NCBI GenBank assembly: GCA_965219415.1
Contig: OZ244742.1
Span: 224,001-288,000, forward strand
DNA length: 64,000 bases
Reading direction: 5' to 3'
From: Candidatus Marinacidobacterales bacterium
GTDB lineage: Bacteria > Acidobacteriota > Vicinamibacteria > Marinacidobacterales > DATDRI01
The notes below the pieces were generated by a model, which did not search any database, was not told where the DNA came from, and was given only the letters and a program-made list of their open reading frames with translations. Made by a program: the position numbers and the translations under genes. Positions 10,972 to 21,663 of the stretch are shown here, in pieces (within the stretch, counting starts at the first letter, position 1; every line of letters begins with the position of its first letter).

Positions 10972-11522
10972 TCCGCTTCCCATTCTGTCATGAGTTTGCG
11001 CGCATGATAGATGTAGTGAAGGCCGGAAGCGATGGTAAGGACCACCATTAAAATCAAGAGGGCGTTAGTAAGGGGAGACGTCGCCCCTTGATAGTTGCAC
11101 CAGAAGACCCACAAGATAGTAAGCAACTGAACCATCGTAGTCGCTTTGCCGAGAAGGGTGGGTGGAAAGACTCGCTTCCCCACCGCCAAGTTGACCGAGA
11201 TGACGGTAATGAGAATGCCGGCGTCGCGACTAATCGTGAGGATGGTAATCCAGGCCGGAATGTGGACAGCTAGCGAAGGATTAGGGAGCGTCAGTACGAT
11301 GAGCGAAGCCACGACCAGGAGCTTATCCGCAAGAGGATCAAGGATAGTGCCAAGCTGCGTCCGCTCGTGGCGCACTCGCGCAAAAAGACCATCGAGCGCA
11401 TCAGTGATTCCAGCAATCGCGAACACCGCCAGGGCCCAACCAAAGTAGCCATAGATAACCAAGATCACCAGGGCGGGAACTAGGCACATCCTGAGAACGG
11501 TCAGCTGATTCGCGAGGGTCAG
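10968..11522 (-). CDS. CDP-alcohol phosphatidyltransferase (PgsA/cardiolipin synthase-like)
   Basis: [12 protein letters not shown]-terminus, D..DG..AR...G..LDP.ADK motif; probable CTG start at 11522 with SD AAAGGA. Confidence 0.85.
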   Translation of the reverse strand: MTLANQLTVLRMCLVPALVILVIYGYFGWALAVFAIAGITDALDGLFARVRHERTQLGTILDPLADKLLVVASLIVLTLPNPSLAVHIPAWITILTISRDAGILITVISVNLAVGKRVFPPTLLGKATTMVQLLTILWVFWCNYQGATSPLTNALLILMVVLTIASGLHYIYHARKLMTEWEAD

Positions 11523-11540
11523 GCTCGTTTCCTTTCCGGG

Positions 11541-12917
11541 TCATTTCCAGGTCAAGGGAAGATTCCAAGCTCCATATACGAGCGGGCGATTTTCTCGAAT
11601 CTCCTCATACGCGCGAGCCATCTTCTCTTCGAGACCGCTGTTGACGAGCGCCTCTTCGCTTGGCGGAACTGACATTTTGCGCCGGAGACCATCGGACAAG
11701 CTCCGCCCGCTCAGTTCCTCGGCAGCCTTCAGCAGCGTTTCATTTTTTGCCTCTTCGAGCCGCTTTTGGAGCAATCCGTACCGCATGTGCGAGAGGTTTT
11801 TGCCCCATTCGAAATAGGAGACGACCACGCCGCCGGCATTCAGGTAAACATCCGGGATGATGAAGGCCCCACGATCCAACAAAATTTTCTCAGCTTCGGT
11901 AGTGGTTGGACCGTTCGCTGCCTCGGCTACGATCTTTGCTTTGACAAAGGGGGCATTGTCCCGAGTCAACTGATTCTCCAATGCAGCCGGGATCAGAATG
12001 TCGCATTCCAATTCGAGTACATCCCCGGGGTTCTCCAATCCCTTGGCTCCGGGAAAACCGATGATCCCGCCGGTCTCGTGCCGGTGCGCGTCCAAGGCCT
12101 CGATATATATTCCCTTGGGGTCTTGAACCCCGCCGTTCCACTCACCGACCGCGACAACCTTGGCCCCCGATTCGGCCAAGAACTTGGCGGCGTGATAGCC
12201 AACGTTCCCGAACCCCTGGATCGCCACGGTCTTGCCGTCCAGGCCTCGGGACATGCCAAGTTTCTTGAAATCGTTTGGGGTGTCCAGAGCCTTTTGGAGG
12301 CCGAAAGCAACCCCCCGCCCGGTGGCCTCTTTGCGCCCGCGTACTCCCCCCTGCGTCACCGGCTTGCCCGTCACGCATGCCAAATTATCGATGCCGCCAG
12401 GATGAAACGCGTCATAGGTGTCGGCGATCCAGGCCATCTCCCGTTCGCCGGTTCCTACGTCGGGAGCGGGGACGTCGATCCCTGGCCCGATGAAATTCTT
12501 CGCGATGAGCTCCGAGGTATAACGGCGGGTGATCTTCTCGATTTGTTCGCGCGAGTAGTTCTTAGGATTGAAAGAGATTCCGCCTTTCGCCCCACCATAG
12601 GGCACGTTGACGATCGCGCACTTATAGGTCATCAAAGCGGCCAGCGCGATGATTTCGTCCTGATCCACCAACTCGCTATAACGGATGCCACCCTTCGAGG
12701 GTTTGCGGTGGTGACTATGCTCCGCCCTCCATGCGTAGAAGATTTCGTAGCTATCCCCGAACTTGACTGGAAATTGAATGAAATAGATGGCGTTGCAGGC
12801 TCGGATCTGCTTGAGCAACCCCTCGGGCAAGTCCATCGCCTCAGCGGCGCGGTGGAATTGCCTAGCGACGATGTTGTTGAGGTTGAGGTCTTCCGGAGCG
12901 TCGGTGCGGGCGTTCAT
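11541..12917 (-). CDS. gdhA: Glu/Leu/Phe/Val dehydrogenase (glutamate dehydrogenase) with damaged C-terminus
   Basis: KGGIRY, MTYKCA, GGAKGG, DVPAPD, GFGNVG, AANGPTT; the native tail KIARSYMELGIFP* lies in another frame, stop at 11552. Confidence 0.9.
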   Translation of the reverse strand: MNARTDAPEDLNLNNIVARQFHRAAEAMDLPEGLLKQIRACNAIYFIQFPVKFGDSYEIFYAWRAEHSHHRKPSKGGIRYSELVDQDEIIALAALMTYKCAIVNVPYGGAKGGISFNPKNYSREQIEKITRRYTSELIAKNFIGPGIDVPAPDVGTGEREMAWIADTYDAFHPGGIDNLACVTGKPVTQGGVRGRKEATGRGVAFGLQKALDTPNDFKKLGMSRGLDGKTVAIQGFGNVGYHAAKFLAESGAKVVAVGEWNGGVQDPKGIYIEALDAHRHETGGIIGFPGAKGLENPGDVLELECDILIPAALENQLTRDNAPFVKAKIVAEAANGPTTTEAEKILLDRGAFIIPDVYLNAGGVVVSYFEWGKNLSHMRYGLLQKRLEEAKNETLLKAAEELSGRSLSDGLRRKMSVPPSEEALVNSGLEEKMARAYEEIRENRPLVYGAWNLPLTWK

Positions 12918-13289
12918 ACTATTAGTCAGGTATTAGTCCGGCGTTGACAACAGTTTGAGGGCCCCGGGAGGCCCACCCCCCCGCGGAGCCACTAATGATA
13001 AGGAGTCCGGCCCGGAGAATCAATCCTTCTGGTCACGCGGATTTCGTACCCGTGCGGCTGTCGTACCGTGCCGGGCGTCAAAATGGGCGGTGCCAGCAAT
13101 CAAGCTCGCCAGACGCCACTTTCATCGGTGGGAATTTTCGACCCTTCAACTAACCCTTCCAAAGGATGCGGTTCCGTCGTATACTACCCGGACCCAGTTT
13201 CCAAGCTACACGTTCTGCGACGCGCCGACACCCGTGGACTATCGGCCTGTTCGCAAGATGGAGTTGACTTGCGAGTGCCAGGAGTACGA

Positions 13290-13721
13290 ATGGCGAGAGT
13301 CAAAATCGTCAAGTGCTACCTTCGCTCCCCGGGCGAGGCGCCCTCCATGCGTTTCGTTCCGCTACGAGAGTTCCCCCTCTGGCGGTACTACATGATCCAT
13401 CGTCACGCGAAGATTGTCGAGGGCGAGGAGATCTCGATCTGGATCGACGCCGACACGTATGGCTCGGAGCCCCCGAAGCAGGCTCGTCCCCTAGAGCCGG
13501 TCCTCCGCGTGGACCTCCACTTTTGGGACTCCCGGTTCCGCACGACCGTTCTCGTACAGCGGTACTTCCCCCTCGAAGACTACGAGTCCATCCGGGACGC
13601 CTTCCTCGGACATTATCCGGATACTTCCGGTCCTCCGGGTCACCCTGACTCCCGTCGTCGGGTCCAAGAAGTTAAGGGCTACTTCCTGCTCCCGAGACCA
13701 CCTTACACACCTGACGCCTGA
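13290..13721 (+). CDS. Hypothetical protein with possible internal duplication
   Basis: SD AGGAG at 13280 then ATG 13290; 143 aa, coding-like codon use. Confidence 0.65.
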   Translation: MARVKIVKCYLRSPGEAPSMRFVPLREFPLWRYYMIHRHAKIVEGEEISIWIDADTYGSEPPKQARPLEPVLRVDLHFWDSRFRTTVLVQRYFPLEDYESIRDAFLGHYPDTSGPPGHPDSRRRVQEVKGYFLLPRPPYTPDA

Positions 13722-13732
13722 AACGGTTCGGT

Positions 13733-14677
13733 TCAGCGCGCGCCGGTAGGTGTCGACGACGCCATCACCGTCGAAATGAACTCGAGTAATACTTGCTGAT
13801 AGGTGTCCGGCTGCGTGCGATAAGCAGCGCCGTGCGTCGCGCCATCGATGACCACCAGCTCACTCATCGGGCTCTTTGCTGCCCGGTAGAGTCGCCCTTG
13901 AAGCTCGACTGGCGTTCGTTGGTCGTCACTGCCAGCGATGAATAAAATAGGTCGGTTTCCGATCTTCCCCACCGCTTTCTCCAAATCGAATTTCTCTTTG
14001 CGGAAACCGGCACGACGCTCGATAAAAAACATCAATTCGTCACCGAGCGGAAAACGTGGCAGGCCGAAGAAGAGATCGAGATGATGAGTGATCGTATGTT
14101 CGAAGGAAAGAAAGCTGCTGTCGGCGATAACCAACATGACTTCCGGCGTCTCCACCGCAGCAAGAAGAGAGGCGGCACCTCCCATCGACACGCCGAAAAG
14201 CATGATTCGATCGTCGGGATTTCTATTCTGGAGAAAACGAACCCCTCCCTGGACGTCGAAGCGCTCCTTGAAGCCGAGCGTAACTCGCTCGCCCCCACTC
14301 TCTCCGTGCCGGCGAGAATCAAGGAGCAGTACATTGAACCCTGCCCGGTGAAGGAAGACCCCGCGATCGAGTACCTCGCGCCGCGACCGGAAGAGTCCGT
14401 GCGCGCATACTACCGAGGCACCGCGATCCCCACCTCCGAGATACCAACCTTTCAGTGGAATCCCGTCGGACGACACGAAGGAGACTTCCTCGAAGGCGAT
14501 GTCGAAGTCCGCGGGGCTGGATGTGAGCTCCAAATCCATCGGACGAGTTCTCAACGTCGTTATGAAGTGTGCCAACGAGTAGGGCACCACGAAGAAGACC
14601 AGAACGAGGCTCAGTACGACCAGCGTCAAAAGACCCCATTGCAGGAGTCGAAACAACAATCGTCGCTTCGGCTTCAT
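13733..14677 (-). CDS. Membrane-anchored alpha/beta hydrolase
   Basis: N-terminal TM, HG, D.RRHGESGG, GVSMGG nucleophile, D.RTP and ATHG. Confidence 0.88.
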   Translation of the reverse strand: MKPKRRLLFRLLQWGLLTLVVLSLVLVFFVVPYSLAHFITTLRTRPMDLELTSSPADFDIAFEEVSFVSSDGIPLKGWYLGGGDRGASVVCAHGLFRSRREVLDRGVFLHRAGFNVLLLDSRRHGESGGERVTLGFKERFDVQGGVRFLQNRNPDDRIMLFGVSMGGAASLLAAVETPEVMLVIADSSFLSFEHTITHHLDLFFGLPRFPLGDELMFFIERRAGFRKEKFDLEKAVGKIGNRPILFIAGSDDQRTPVELQGRLYRAAKSPMSELVVIDGATHGAAYRTQPDTYQQVLLEFISTVMASSTPTGAR

Positions 14678-15870
14678 GCTTTGGGCTCTTCCACCAGCAA
14701 GAGCAGCAGCGCCGCCACCAGGCTAAAAATTGCTGCAAGGATGCATACCGCCCCGAATCCACGGCTAGAGAAAAGAGGACCGCCCACAGCCGCGGCGGCC
14801 GCGATGCCTAGCTGGGAAAGTGTGTTCCTCAAAGCCACGTACGAGCCCCGCGCTTCGCGACTTACCAACTCCGTAACCAGCGATTGCAAGGGGGCCATGC
14901 GGGAAGCGGCCGCCAAACCGACCAACCCCAGTCCTACGTAAAGTCCGACTCCGCCGCCCAAGCTCGGGACGATCAACACCAGAACGGCGAGAGCCACACT
15001 CCCCCAAAGAGCTACGGTGCGCTTCCCTATCCGATCCGAGATCGGCCCCGCTGCCAGCGCCCCTATCAGAGCGGCCCCTCCACTAAGGAGGAAGACCATG
15101 CCGCGAGTGGTCAGAGAAAAATCAAACTCGCTACTGAGGTACGCGAAGAGGTATACCGTGAAGCCGGTGATACCACCGGAGACAAAAAAGGCGGAAAGAG
15201 CGACGGCAGCCGTCACCTTGTTCCTCAGAAATCCGAAGTAGTTCCGTGAGGCCTCGGACACCCAGTAGCTCCGATCGCTGGTGTTCGCAGTGGGTGACTC
15301 CGTGAACCAAACGGACAAGGCTAACGAGAACACAACCGCGGCAGTAGCAAATAGTAAGTAGAGGGTTCGCCACTCGAATTCTTCCGCGAGCCAAGATGCG
15401 ACCGGCACACCCAGCATTGGAGCGACGACATACGCAGACGCGACCCAGCTCATGGCACGGCCCCGCCGCTCGTAGGGAACTCGGTCGGCAATCGAGGCGA
15501 CCACCAAAGCGGAGATGACGCCCGCCGAAGCCCCAGCCAAGAATCGAGCTCCGACGAAAAAAGAAAACAAATCAGCGAAGAACACGGCCAGACTCGCCAA
15601 ACCGAAGCTCATGCCCGCCGCGATCAGGAACGGCCTCCTCGGCGCTCGGTCGGACAAGGGACCTATGGTGAGCGCGGCCAGAGCCGCTGCCAAGGCATAT
15701 CCGGAGATGGTTAGTCCTACCCGCGCGGCTCCAACGCCGAAGCTCGACGCGATCTCGGGAAGTATCGGAGCCAAGATCTGGTTATCCACCAGCCCGAGCG
15801 TCAGCAGTCCGATAAGAGAAGCCACGATCTTCCCTGGGAACGACTGGATGGTTTGTTTCGATGGCGTCAC
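14674..15870 (-). CDS. MFS transporter
   Basis: About 12 hydrophobic segments, GPLSDR..RR and GPISDRIGKR motif A. Confidence 0.9.
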   Translation of the reverse strand: MTPSKQTIQSFPGKIVASLIGLLTLGLVDNQILAPILPEIASSFGVGAARVGLTISGYALAAALAALTIGPLSDRAPRRPFLIAAGMSFGLASLAVFFADLFSFFVGARFLAGASAGVISALVVASIADRVPYERRGRAMSWVASAYVVAPMLGVPVASWLAEEFEWRTLYLLFATAAVVFSLALSVWFTESPTANTSDRSYWVSEASRNYFGFLRNKVTAAVALSAFFVSGGITGFTVYLFAYLSSEFDFSLTTRGMVFLLSGGAALIGALAAGPISDRIGKRTVALWGSVALAVLVLIVPSLGGGVGLYVGLGLVGLAAASRMAPLQSLVTELVSREARGSYVALRNTLSQLGIAAAAAVGGPLFSSRGFGAVCILAAIFSLVAALLLLLVEEPKA

Positions 15871-16130
15871 AGAGGTGTTCAGGCGAGCCTGTCTCGGGCG
15901 GGAGTCGCAACTTCGCTCGGATCATTTTTGGTTGTCAAAAACGCTCCCCTCACCCATCTTGCTCGGTTGCTAGCGACGGTGATAACATTTCGCGCCATCC
16001 GCATGCACTACCGGTTCATCATCGCCCATCGCCGATGTGCCTCTTGTAAGACGCGCATCCACTTTGTTTCAACACCTGTCCAACCCACGCCATCATATCG
16101 GGTGACCTCGTTGACCGCCAAAGGGAAACA

Positions 16131-17366
16131 GTGGCTAACTCGGCGCAAGTCCGGCATGACCCTAGGGAATTCCTTCCCACTCGAGACCCGGTGACCGCAG
16201 CCGCTCGACCGAAACCCACCGTTTACCAACTCGCGCTTGCCTTTTTGCGCATCGGCGCCACCGGTTTTGGAGGCGGGATGGCGGTACTGAGCCTCATCGA
16301 GCGCGAGATGCAGAACCGGAAGTGGATGAGCGAGGACGATGTCTTGGAGGCTTTTGCGATCGGCCAAAGCTTGCCGGGCGCGGTCGCCGCCAACACTACC
16401 GCCTTCATCGCCATGCGCCTCTGCGGTTGGCTCGGAGCCGCTCTCTCGACGATGACGTTCATCTTGCCGTCGTTCCTTCTTATGCTCGCGGCCGCTCTCG
16501 CTTATCCCTATTTTCGCGACCTACCGCGCATGGATGCACTCTTCGAGGGACTGACCGCAGCCGTCGTCGGTCTCATACTGGCCCTGACATTGAACTTGGG
16601 TCAAAGAGCCATCAAGTCGGTGTGGAGTTTCAGCCTGGCCGCCCTCTCTTGCGGGCTGTTGGTTCTGTCCGGCACCGCCGCCATCGAGGTCATCTTGTTG
16701 GCGGGGCTTATCGGGATCTTCGCCGACTCGTTTCAAGAGAACCGCAAGCGACGGGTCAAGAAGAAAAAGAAAACCGACGACGAGCCACCGACCTTATTCT
16801 GCTTTCTTCCTTGGGCCCTAGTCCTCCTAGCCGGCGCAGGCGTCCTCTGGGAGATCACACGCGTTTTTCTGACCGCGGGAGCCATCACCTTCGGCGGCGG
16901 TTTCGTGATGATCCCCTTGCTCGAGCACGAGGTGGTCACTCAGGCCGGGTGGCTCACCAGTCTGGAATTCGCGGACGCCATGGCTTTAGGACAAGTGACT
17001 CCCGGTCCGGTCGTCATCACCGCCACGTTCATCGGCTTCAAGGCGGCTGGGCTCGCGGGCGCCATCGTCGCCACCTTGGCGATTTTTTTCCCCTCGTTTC
17101 TGCTTGCCTCTTCGGCGGCCCGCTACTTGGATCAATTCCGCACCAATCGCCAGGTCAATGCCTTTTTAAAGGGTCTCGCGCCGGCGGTCTTGGGGATGTT
17201 GCTGGCCGCGGCGATCAGCTTGGGGAGAGCCGGGATCGTTGGTCCGGTGGGACTGGTCATCGCCGGTCTTTCTTGCGCCGCGTTACTTTGGCTGCGTCCC
17301 AACCCGGCCTGGGTGGTCTTTGTGGCCGGAGCGGCACGGTTGGTCCTGAGCTCTATGGGCGTGTAG
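16131..17366 (+). CDS. chrA: Chromate efflux transporter (long-chain CHR)
   Basis: Two CHR domains with FGGG and Q..PG motifs. Confidence 0.88.
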   Translation: MANSAQVRHDPREFLPTRDPVTAAARPKPTVYQLALAFLRIGATGFGGGMAVLSLIEREMQNRKWMSEDDVLEAFAIGQSLPGAVAANTTAFIAMRLCGWLGAALSTMTFILPSFLLMLAAALAYPYFRDLPRMDALFEGLTAAVVGLILALTLNLGQRAIKSVWSFSLAALSCGLLVLSGTAAIEVILLAGLIGIFADSFQENRKRRVKKKKKTDDEPPTLFCFLPWALVLLAGAGVLWEITRVFLTAGAITFGGGFVMIPLLEHEVVTQAGWLTSLEFADAMALGQVTPGPVVITATFIGFKAAGLAGAIVATLAIFFPSFLLASSAARYLDQFRTNRQVNAFLKGLAPAVLGMLLAAAISLGRAGIVGPVGLVIAGLSCAALLWLRPNPAWVVFVAGAARLVLSSMGV

Positions 17367-17418
17367 TGGTTGCTCCCCGTTGTCGTGATGATTTCCATCG
17401 AGGATATGAAGGGGCCGC

Positions 17419-18561
17419 TCACGGGCCGTTCGAAACTCCCTCTAGACTGGACAGACGATCTTGCAGCGCGAGCCTTTCCTTGGGCAGATCCGATGGGACG
17501 AGAGCAATCGCCTTTCGCAAGGGATCGACGGCCTCCCGTCGCCAGCCGTTTCGCAAGTAGAGCTCGGCAATCCAAGAGAGATATTCCCAACGATTTTCCT
17601 CGTCGGTGATCATGAGCCGATCGCAGGCGGCCAGTCCAGCGTCCACGTCCAACTCTCTTTCGAGTACGAGCATCGCCAGCTCACGGTTATAGTCGACCAC
17701 GTCGGGAAGTATGGAGCACGCTTGCTTCAAGAGGCGAAGAGCGGCCGGGTCGTCTCCTTCTTCCCTCAAGAGCCTGCCCGCTTCGAAGTACGCGTCAGGA
17801 AAACCGCTGTCTCGTTCGACGGCTTCCCGGAACCGTGCGAGAGCCTCCCCTCGCCTCCCCTGGCCCGCCAGGGACCGGCCGAGAAGGAAGACCGACTCGG
17901 CCCCCGCCTCCTGACGATCGAGCAACGGGAGAAGCACCTTCCCCGCGTCTTCATACTTGCCAAGTTGAATCAAAACCGCACCCAGTAGATTCGACGCCTC
18001 GAGATCCGACCGCGCCAGGCTGCGGGCCTTTTCGAGCTCCGCCCGCGCCGCATTCATATCCCCGGTCATACTCAATGCTCGTGCAAGCTCTAGATGAAGC
18101 ACGAACGTTGGACGCAACTTGCGTCCCGCTAGACGGAGCAGCTCGATGGCTCGTGCCGGTTCTCCTTGGACGAGAGCCACGTACCCCGCTTCGAACTCCG
18201 ACCCTAGCCCCCGATACATTGCAGCCCGGTCGGGCGCTTTCTCGGCTATCGCAAGTTCGAGAAGATCATTCATGTCCGGTACGAACGGCCGGTCCTCTTC
18301 GGTGCTCGCTGAGGCTAGATGGGATGGCGATCCGATGCTCGGCCCCTCCTGCATCCGGTCGAACGGCTCTCCCGTTCGTACCGAGCATTCTCGAATGAGG
18401 GCGTCCATGGTGGCAAGGCGATAATCGACTGGGGCGAGAGTGGAGCGCGCTCTTTCATACGCTCGCTTCGCTCGATGAAAATCCCCGGCGAGGAAGTAGC
18501 GGTCCCCACGATGCTTGATTCTGTCGAAGCCGACGACCGCGTCGAAGAGCCGCATCCACAC
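17419..18561 (-). CDS. Tetratricopeptide repeat protein
   Basis: Repeated LG..L...G...EA helical pattern. Confidence 0.75.
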   Translation of the reverse strand: MWMRLFDAVVGFDRIKHRGDRYFLAGDFHRAKRAYERARSTLAPVDYRLATMDALIRECSVRTGEPFDRMQEGPSIGSPSHLASASTEEDRPFVPDMNDLLELAIAEKAPDRAAMYRGLGSEFEAGYVALVQGEPARAIELLRLAGRKLRPTFVLHLELARALSMTGDMNAARAELEKARSLARSDLEASNLLGAVLIQLGKYEDAGKVLLPLLDRQEAGAESVFLLGRSLAGQGRRGEALARFREAVERDSGFPDAYFEAGRLLREEGDDPAALRLLKQACSILPDVVDYNRELAMLVLERELDVDAGLAACDRLMITDEENRWEYLSWIAELYLRNGWRREAVDPLRKAIALVPSDLPKERLALQDRLSSLEGVSNGP

Positions 18562-18771
18562 GATCGGGATTCTAGCACGCGGTTTCTCGTAGAAACGTGT
18601 TACGCGGCGGGAACGGGTGTGGCACCCACTTACACCGTGCCACCAACCAAGGTGGTTCGAGACGCCGGACGGCCCTTCGGTTGCTCGGGTTTTGGAGTAT
18701 ATTGAAACCCTTCGATCTGCTCGGAGTGGTTGGACTGGGCCGTCCCGACTGGCGTTTCGAGCATCCTACAT

Positions 18772-21642
18772 ATGAAGCTGCTCGACCCTATTCGCCCCAA
18801 ATGGCAGCACAGCGATCCCGAAGTCCGTCTCTCGGCGGTGCGTCAACTCGGCGGCGACCATCAGGACCTCCTGGGCGCCATCGCCTTGGAAGACCAAGAC
18901 GTCCGGGTTAGGCGAAGCGCCATCAAAAGACTAGAGGATCCTGCCAAGCTCCGAGAGGTGTCCGATCGAGATGCCAACGAGGGACTTCGGGAGCTGGCGG
19001 CCGAGCGAGCGGCGGACATTCTCGCCGAGGTAGCCCTTTCCGATGGCGATCCCACGGTGTGCGAAGATGCGCTCGCGAAGCTTTCGAACCCCCGGCATCT
19101 GGCCAAGGTTGCCACCTCGGCACTACACCCCACCATCCAGCAAGCCGCCGTCCGCCAACTCTCCGATGACAGGGGCCTCGCGGAAGTGGTTCGCAAGAGC
19201 ACCGTCATCGGACTCCGAAAAGAAGCTCTCGGCAAACTAGGCGACCTATCCCTCCTACGGGCCATCGCCACAAGCGGCGTCGACGCGGAGCTGGCGCTGG
19301 CGGCCGTCGATAAAATCAATGACCCCGACGCGCTGCACACCGTCGCCCGGGAGCGATCCGCCCACAAGAACGTTCGACAAAGGGCGGAAGCGCGCTTCGA
19401 GGCCGTCGTCACCGACGACCATCCTTTGCGCGTCGAGCAGAGACGAAAGCGCCAAGGCGAGCTCAGCAAGTATGTCCAAGAACTCGCCAAACAGCCGGGC
19501 TCCGCAACGGAGAAACTGCTAGAGGCCCACGCGGAATGGGACGCTCTAGCTGAGAAGACCCAGCCCGACGAGACGGTGAACGAACACTTCCACGCTGCCC
19601 GGCAAGCGATCTCCGACGAGGTCGCACGCCAGGAAAAACGTAGACTGGAAAGCGAACGGCAAAACGCCGAGCTCCAGGAAAACCTGGCCGCACGCCTTGC
19701 TCTCTGCGAAAAGGTGGAGTCGTTCAACGGAGAAACGGCACTTCAAGATCTTCGTGAGGCTCACGCCGCATGGCAGGCTCTCCGGCCGCTCCCATCCTCG
19801 CCAGAAAATAAAGAAACCCGAGACGAGGAGCTGATCACGAGGTTCGACCGGGCGGTGGAGCATTGCGAGACTCGGTACGAGAGTTCCCGCGCCGAGCAAG
19901 CGCTTCAGACCCAACTCGAGGAACTGCTTGCCGAGGCCGACAAACTGGCAGACTCGGCTCCGCTCCCGGACGCACGGCGTGACTGGCCGATATTCGAAAA
20001 ACGATGGGCAAAGCTCGAGGCATCGCCATCCGCGGCCCAATCGAAGGAACTCGTTACGTCTGCTCGTCAACGGTTCGTCCGAGCCGGCGAGCGAATAACC
20101 GAGCGACAGTCAAAAGATGCCGAGCAACAGGAACAATTGAAGCAAAAGAATCTAAGCCGGCTAAAGGAGCTCTCGGCTCGAGTCGATAAGCTCGCTCAAT
20201 CGGAAGAGTTGAGTTTGAAGGCCGCCGACCGCGAGCTTCGACACCTACCTGAGGTACTCAAAGATCTGGGGCCCTTGCCCTCGACCGAAAGTCGAAAAAC
20301 TTGGAAGGATCGCCTGACCAAAGCGCGACACGACCTCTACACGAGATTTCAGGATCAGCGCGAGACGGAGGAATGGAGGCGTTGGGCCAACGTCGATCTT
20401 CAAGAGAAGTTGATCCAGAAGGCGGAAGGGCTCCGACAATCGCAAGATCTCGCTACCGTCTCGAAGGAATTGAGACAGATTCAGCAAGAATGGAAAAGCG
20501 TCGGAGCCGCCCCCCGCGCTAAATCGGAAGCACTCTGGCACCGCTTCAGCCAGGTTCGCGATGAGCTTCGCGCTCGTTGCGATGTTTTTTTCGCCGATAA
20601 CCTCAAGAAGAAGGAGGCGCTCTGCGAGAAAGTCGAGGCGCTCGGCGATTCAAAGCAATGGAACAAGACCGCTGAAGCAGTCAAGAAGATCCAAGCGGAA
20701 TGGAAGGATATCGGCCCGGTGCCGCAAAAGCATGCCAAAGCGATCTGGCGACGCTTTCGGGCACCCTGCGACCAGTTCTTCAAGCGACGCAAGGAACAGT
20801 TGGACCGTCTCAAGCATGAAAGAGACAGCAACTCGAAAAGGAAGACCGAGCTCTGCGAGCAAGTCGAAGCGCTGGCCGATTCCATGGATTGGGATGAGAC
20901 GGCCAAGCAAATCAAGCAGCTGCAGGTCGAGTGGAAGGATGTCGGGCCTGTCCCTCACAAGAAATCCGAAGCACTCTGGAATCGATTTCGCAAGGCCTGC
21001 GATCATTTCTTCGAGCGGCGCAAGCGTCGTGGCGAACTCGCGATCGAGGAGAAACTCAAGAAGAAGTCGTCTATTTGCGAAAGGCTGGAGGCGCTCGCCG
21101 CTTCTGTTCAGGCCGACGACACCCCCCCTGCAGAATCAGTCGCCCAGGAAATTCAGGAGGCGTGGGCGGAGTGGACGAATGTCGGAACAGTACCGTTCGA
21201 GCAAGCCGAGCCACTCGATGCCCGGCTCCGGAAATCGTGTGAACAAATCGTGGCGGTGTTTCCCGAGAGTCTGCAAGGGATGCCGCTCGACCCGCGCGCC
21301 AACCGGAAGCGGCGAGAGAAACTATGCACGCGCCTCGAAGAATTGGTGGGCAGTTATGCCGACGCTTCCGACGACGCTCCCGCGGAGGATCTCGCCCAAA
21401 AACTCAAGCAGGCGCTCGCCGCCAACACTATCGGCGGGGCCGCGGTAACGGAAAAGAAGAAGAACTGGCGGGCCGCAACTCAAGAGGTGGAACGCCTCAA
21501 AACCAATTGGGAACGACTAGGTCCAATCATCGGTGACCTGGATCGAACTCTCTCCGATCGTTTCCGCAACGCCTACACCCATTTCTTCGAGCTCCGCAAG
21601 ACCCCAGACCCGGGCGGGCGCCCGGTCAAACACGCGTCCTGA
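18772..21642 (+). CDS. DUF349 domain protein with N-terminal HEAT-like repeats
   Basis: KWQHSDPEVR N-terminus; repeated WK.IGPVP......LW.RF...CD.FF units; RRWAN. Confidence 0.85.
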   Translation: MKLLDPIRPKWQHSDPEVRLSAVRQLGGDHQDLLGAIALEDQDVRVRRSAIKRLEDPAKLREVSDRDANEGLRELAAERAADILAEVALSDGDPTVCEDALAKLSNPRHLAKVATSALHPTIQQAAVRQLSDDRGLAEVVRKSTVIGLRKEALGKLGDLSLLRAIATSGVDAELALAAVDKINDPDALHTVARERSAHKNVRQRAEARFEAVVTDDHPLRVEQRRKRQGELSKYVQELAKQPGSATEKLLEAHAEWDALAEKTQPDETVNEHFHAARQAISDEVARQEKRRLESERQNAELQENLAARLALCEKVESFNGETALQDLREAHAAWQALRPLPSSPENKETRDEELITRFDRAVEHCETRYESSRAEQALQTQLEELLAEADKLADSAPLPDARRDWPIFEKRWAKLEASPSAAQSKELVTSARQRFVRAGERITERQSKDAEQQEQLKQKNLSRLKELSARVDKLAQSEELSLKAADRELRHLPEVLKDLGPLPSTESRKTWKDRLTKARHDLYTRFQDQRETEEWRRWANVDLQEKLIQKAEGLRQSQDLATVSKELRQIQQEWKSVGAAPRAKSEALWHRFSQVRDELRARCDVFFADNLKKKEALCEKVEALGDSKQWNKTAEAVKKIQAEWKDIGPVPQKHAKAIWRRFRAPCDQFFKRRKEQLDRLKHERDSNSKRKTELCEQVEALADSMDWDETAKQIKQLQVEWKDVGPVPHKKSEALWNRFRKACDHFFERRKRRGELAIEEKLKKKSSICERLEALAASVQADDTPPAESVAQEIQEAWAEWTNVGTVPFEQAEPLDARLRKSCEQIVAVFPESLQGMPLDPRANRKRREKLCTRLEELVGSYADASDDAPAEDLAQKLKQALAANTIGGAAVTEKKKNWRAATQEVERLKTNWERLGPIIGDLDRTLSDRFRNAYTHFFELRKTPDPGGRPVKHAS

Positions 21643-21663
21643 GCTACCGCCTTCCGGTTCATC

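Noticed and set aside
11766-12947. Long antisense or alternative-frame ORFs (e.g. 11766-12947, 16322-17560, 22927-23976, 50823-51725)
   Set aside because: They overlap well-supported genes, lack motifs, and are expected shadows in GC-rich coding DNA
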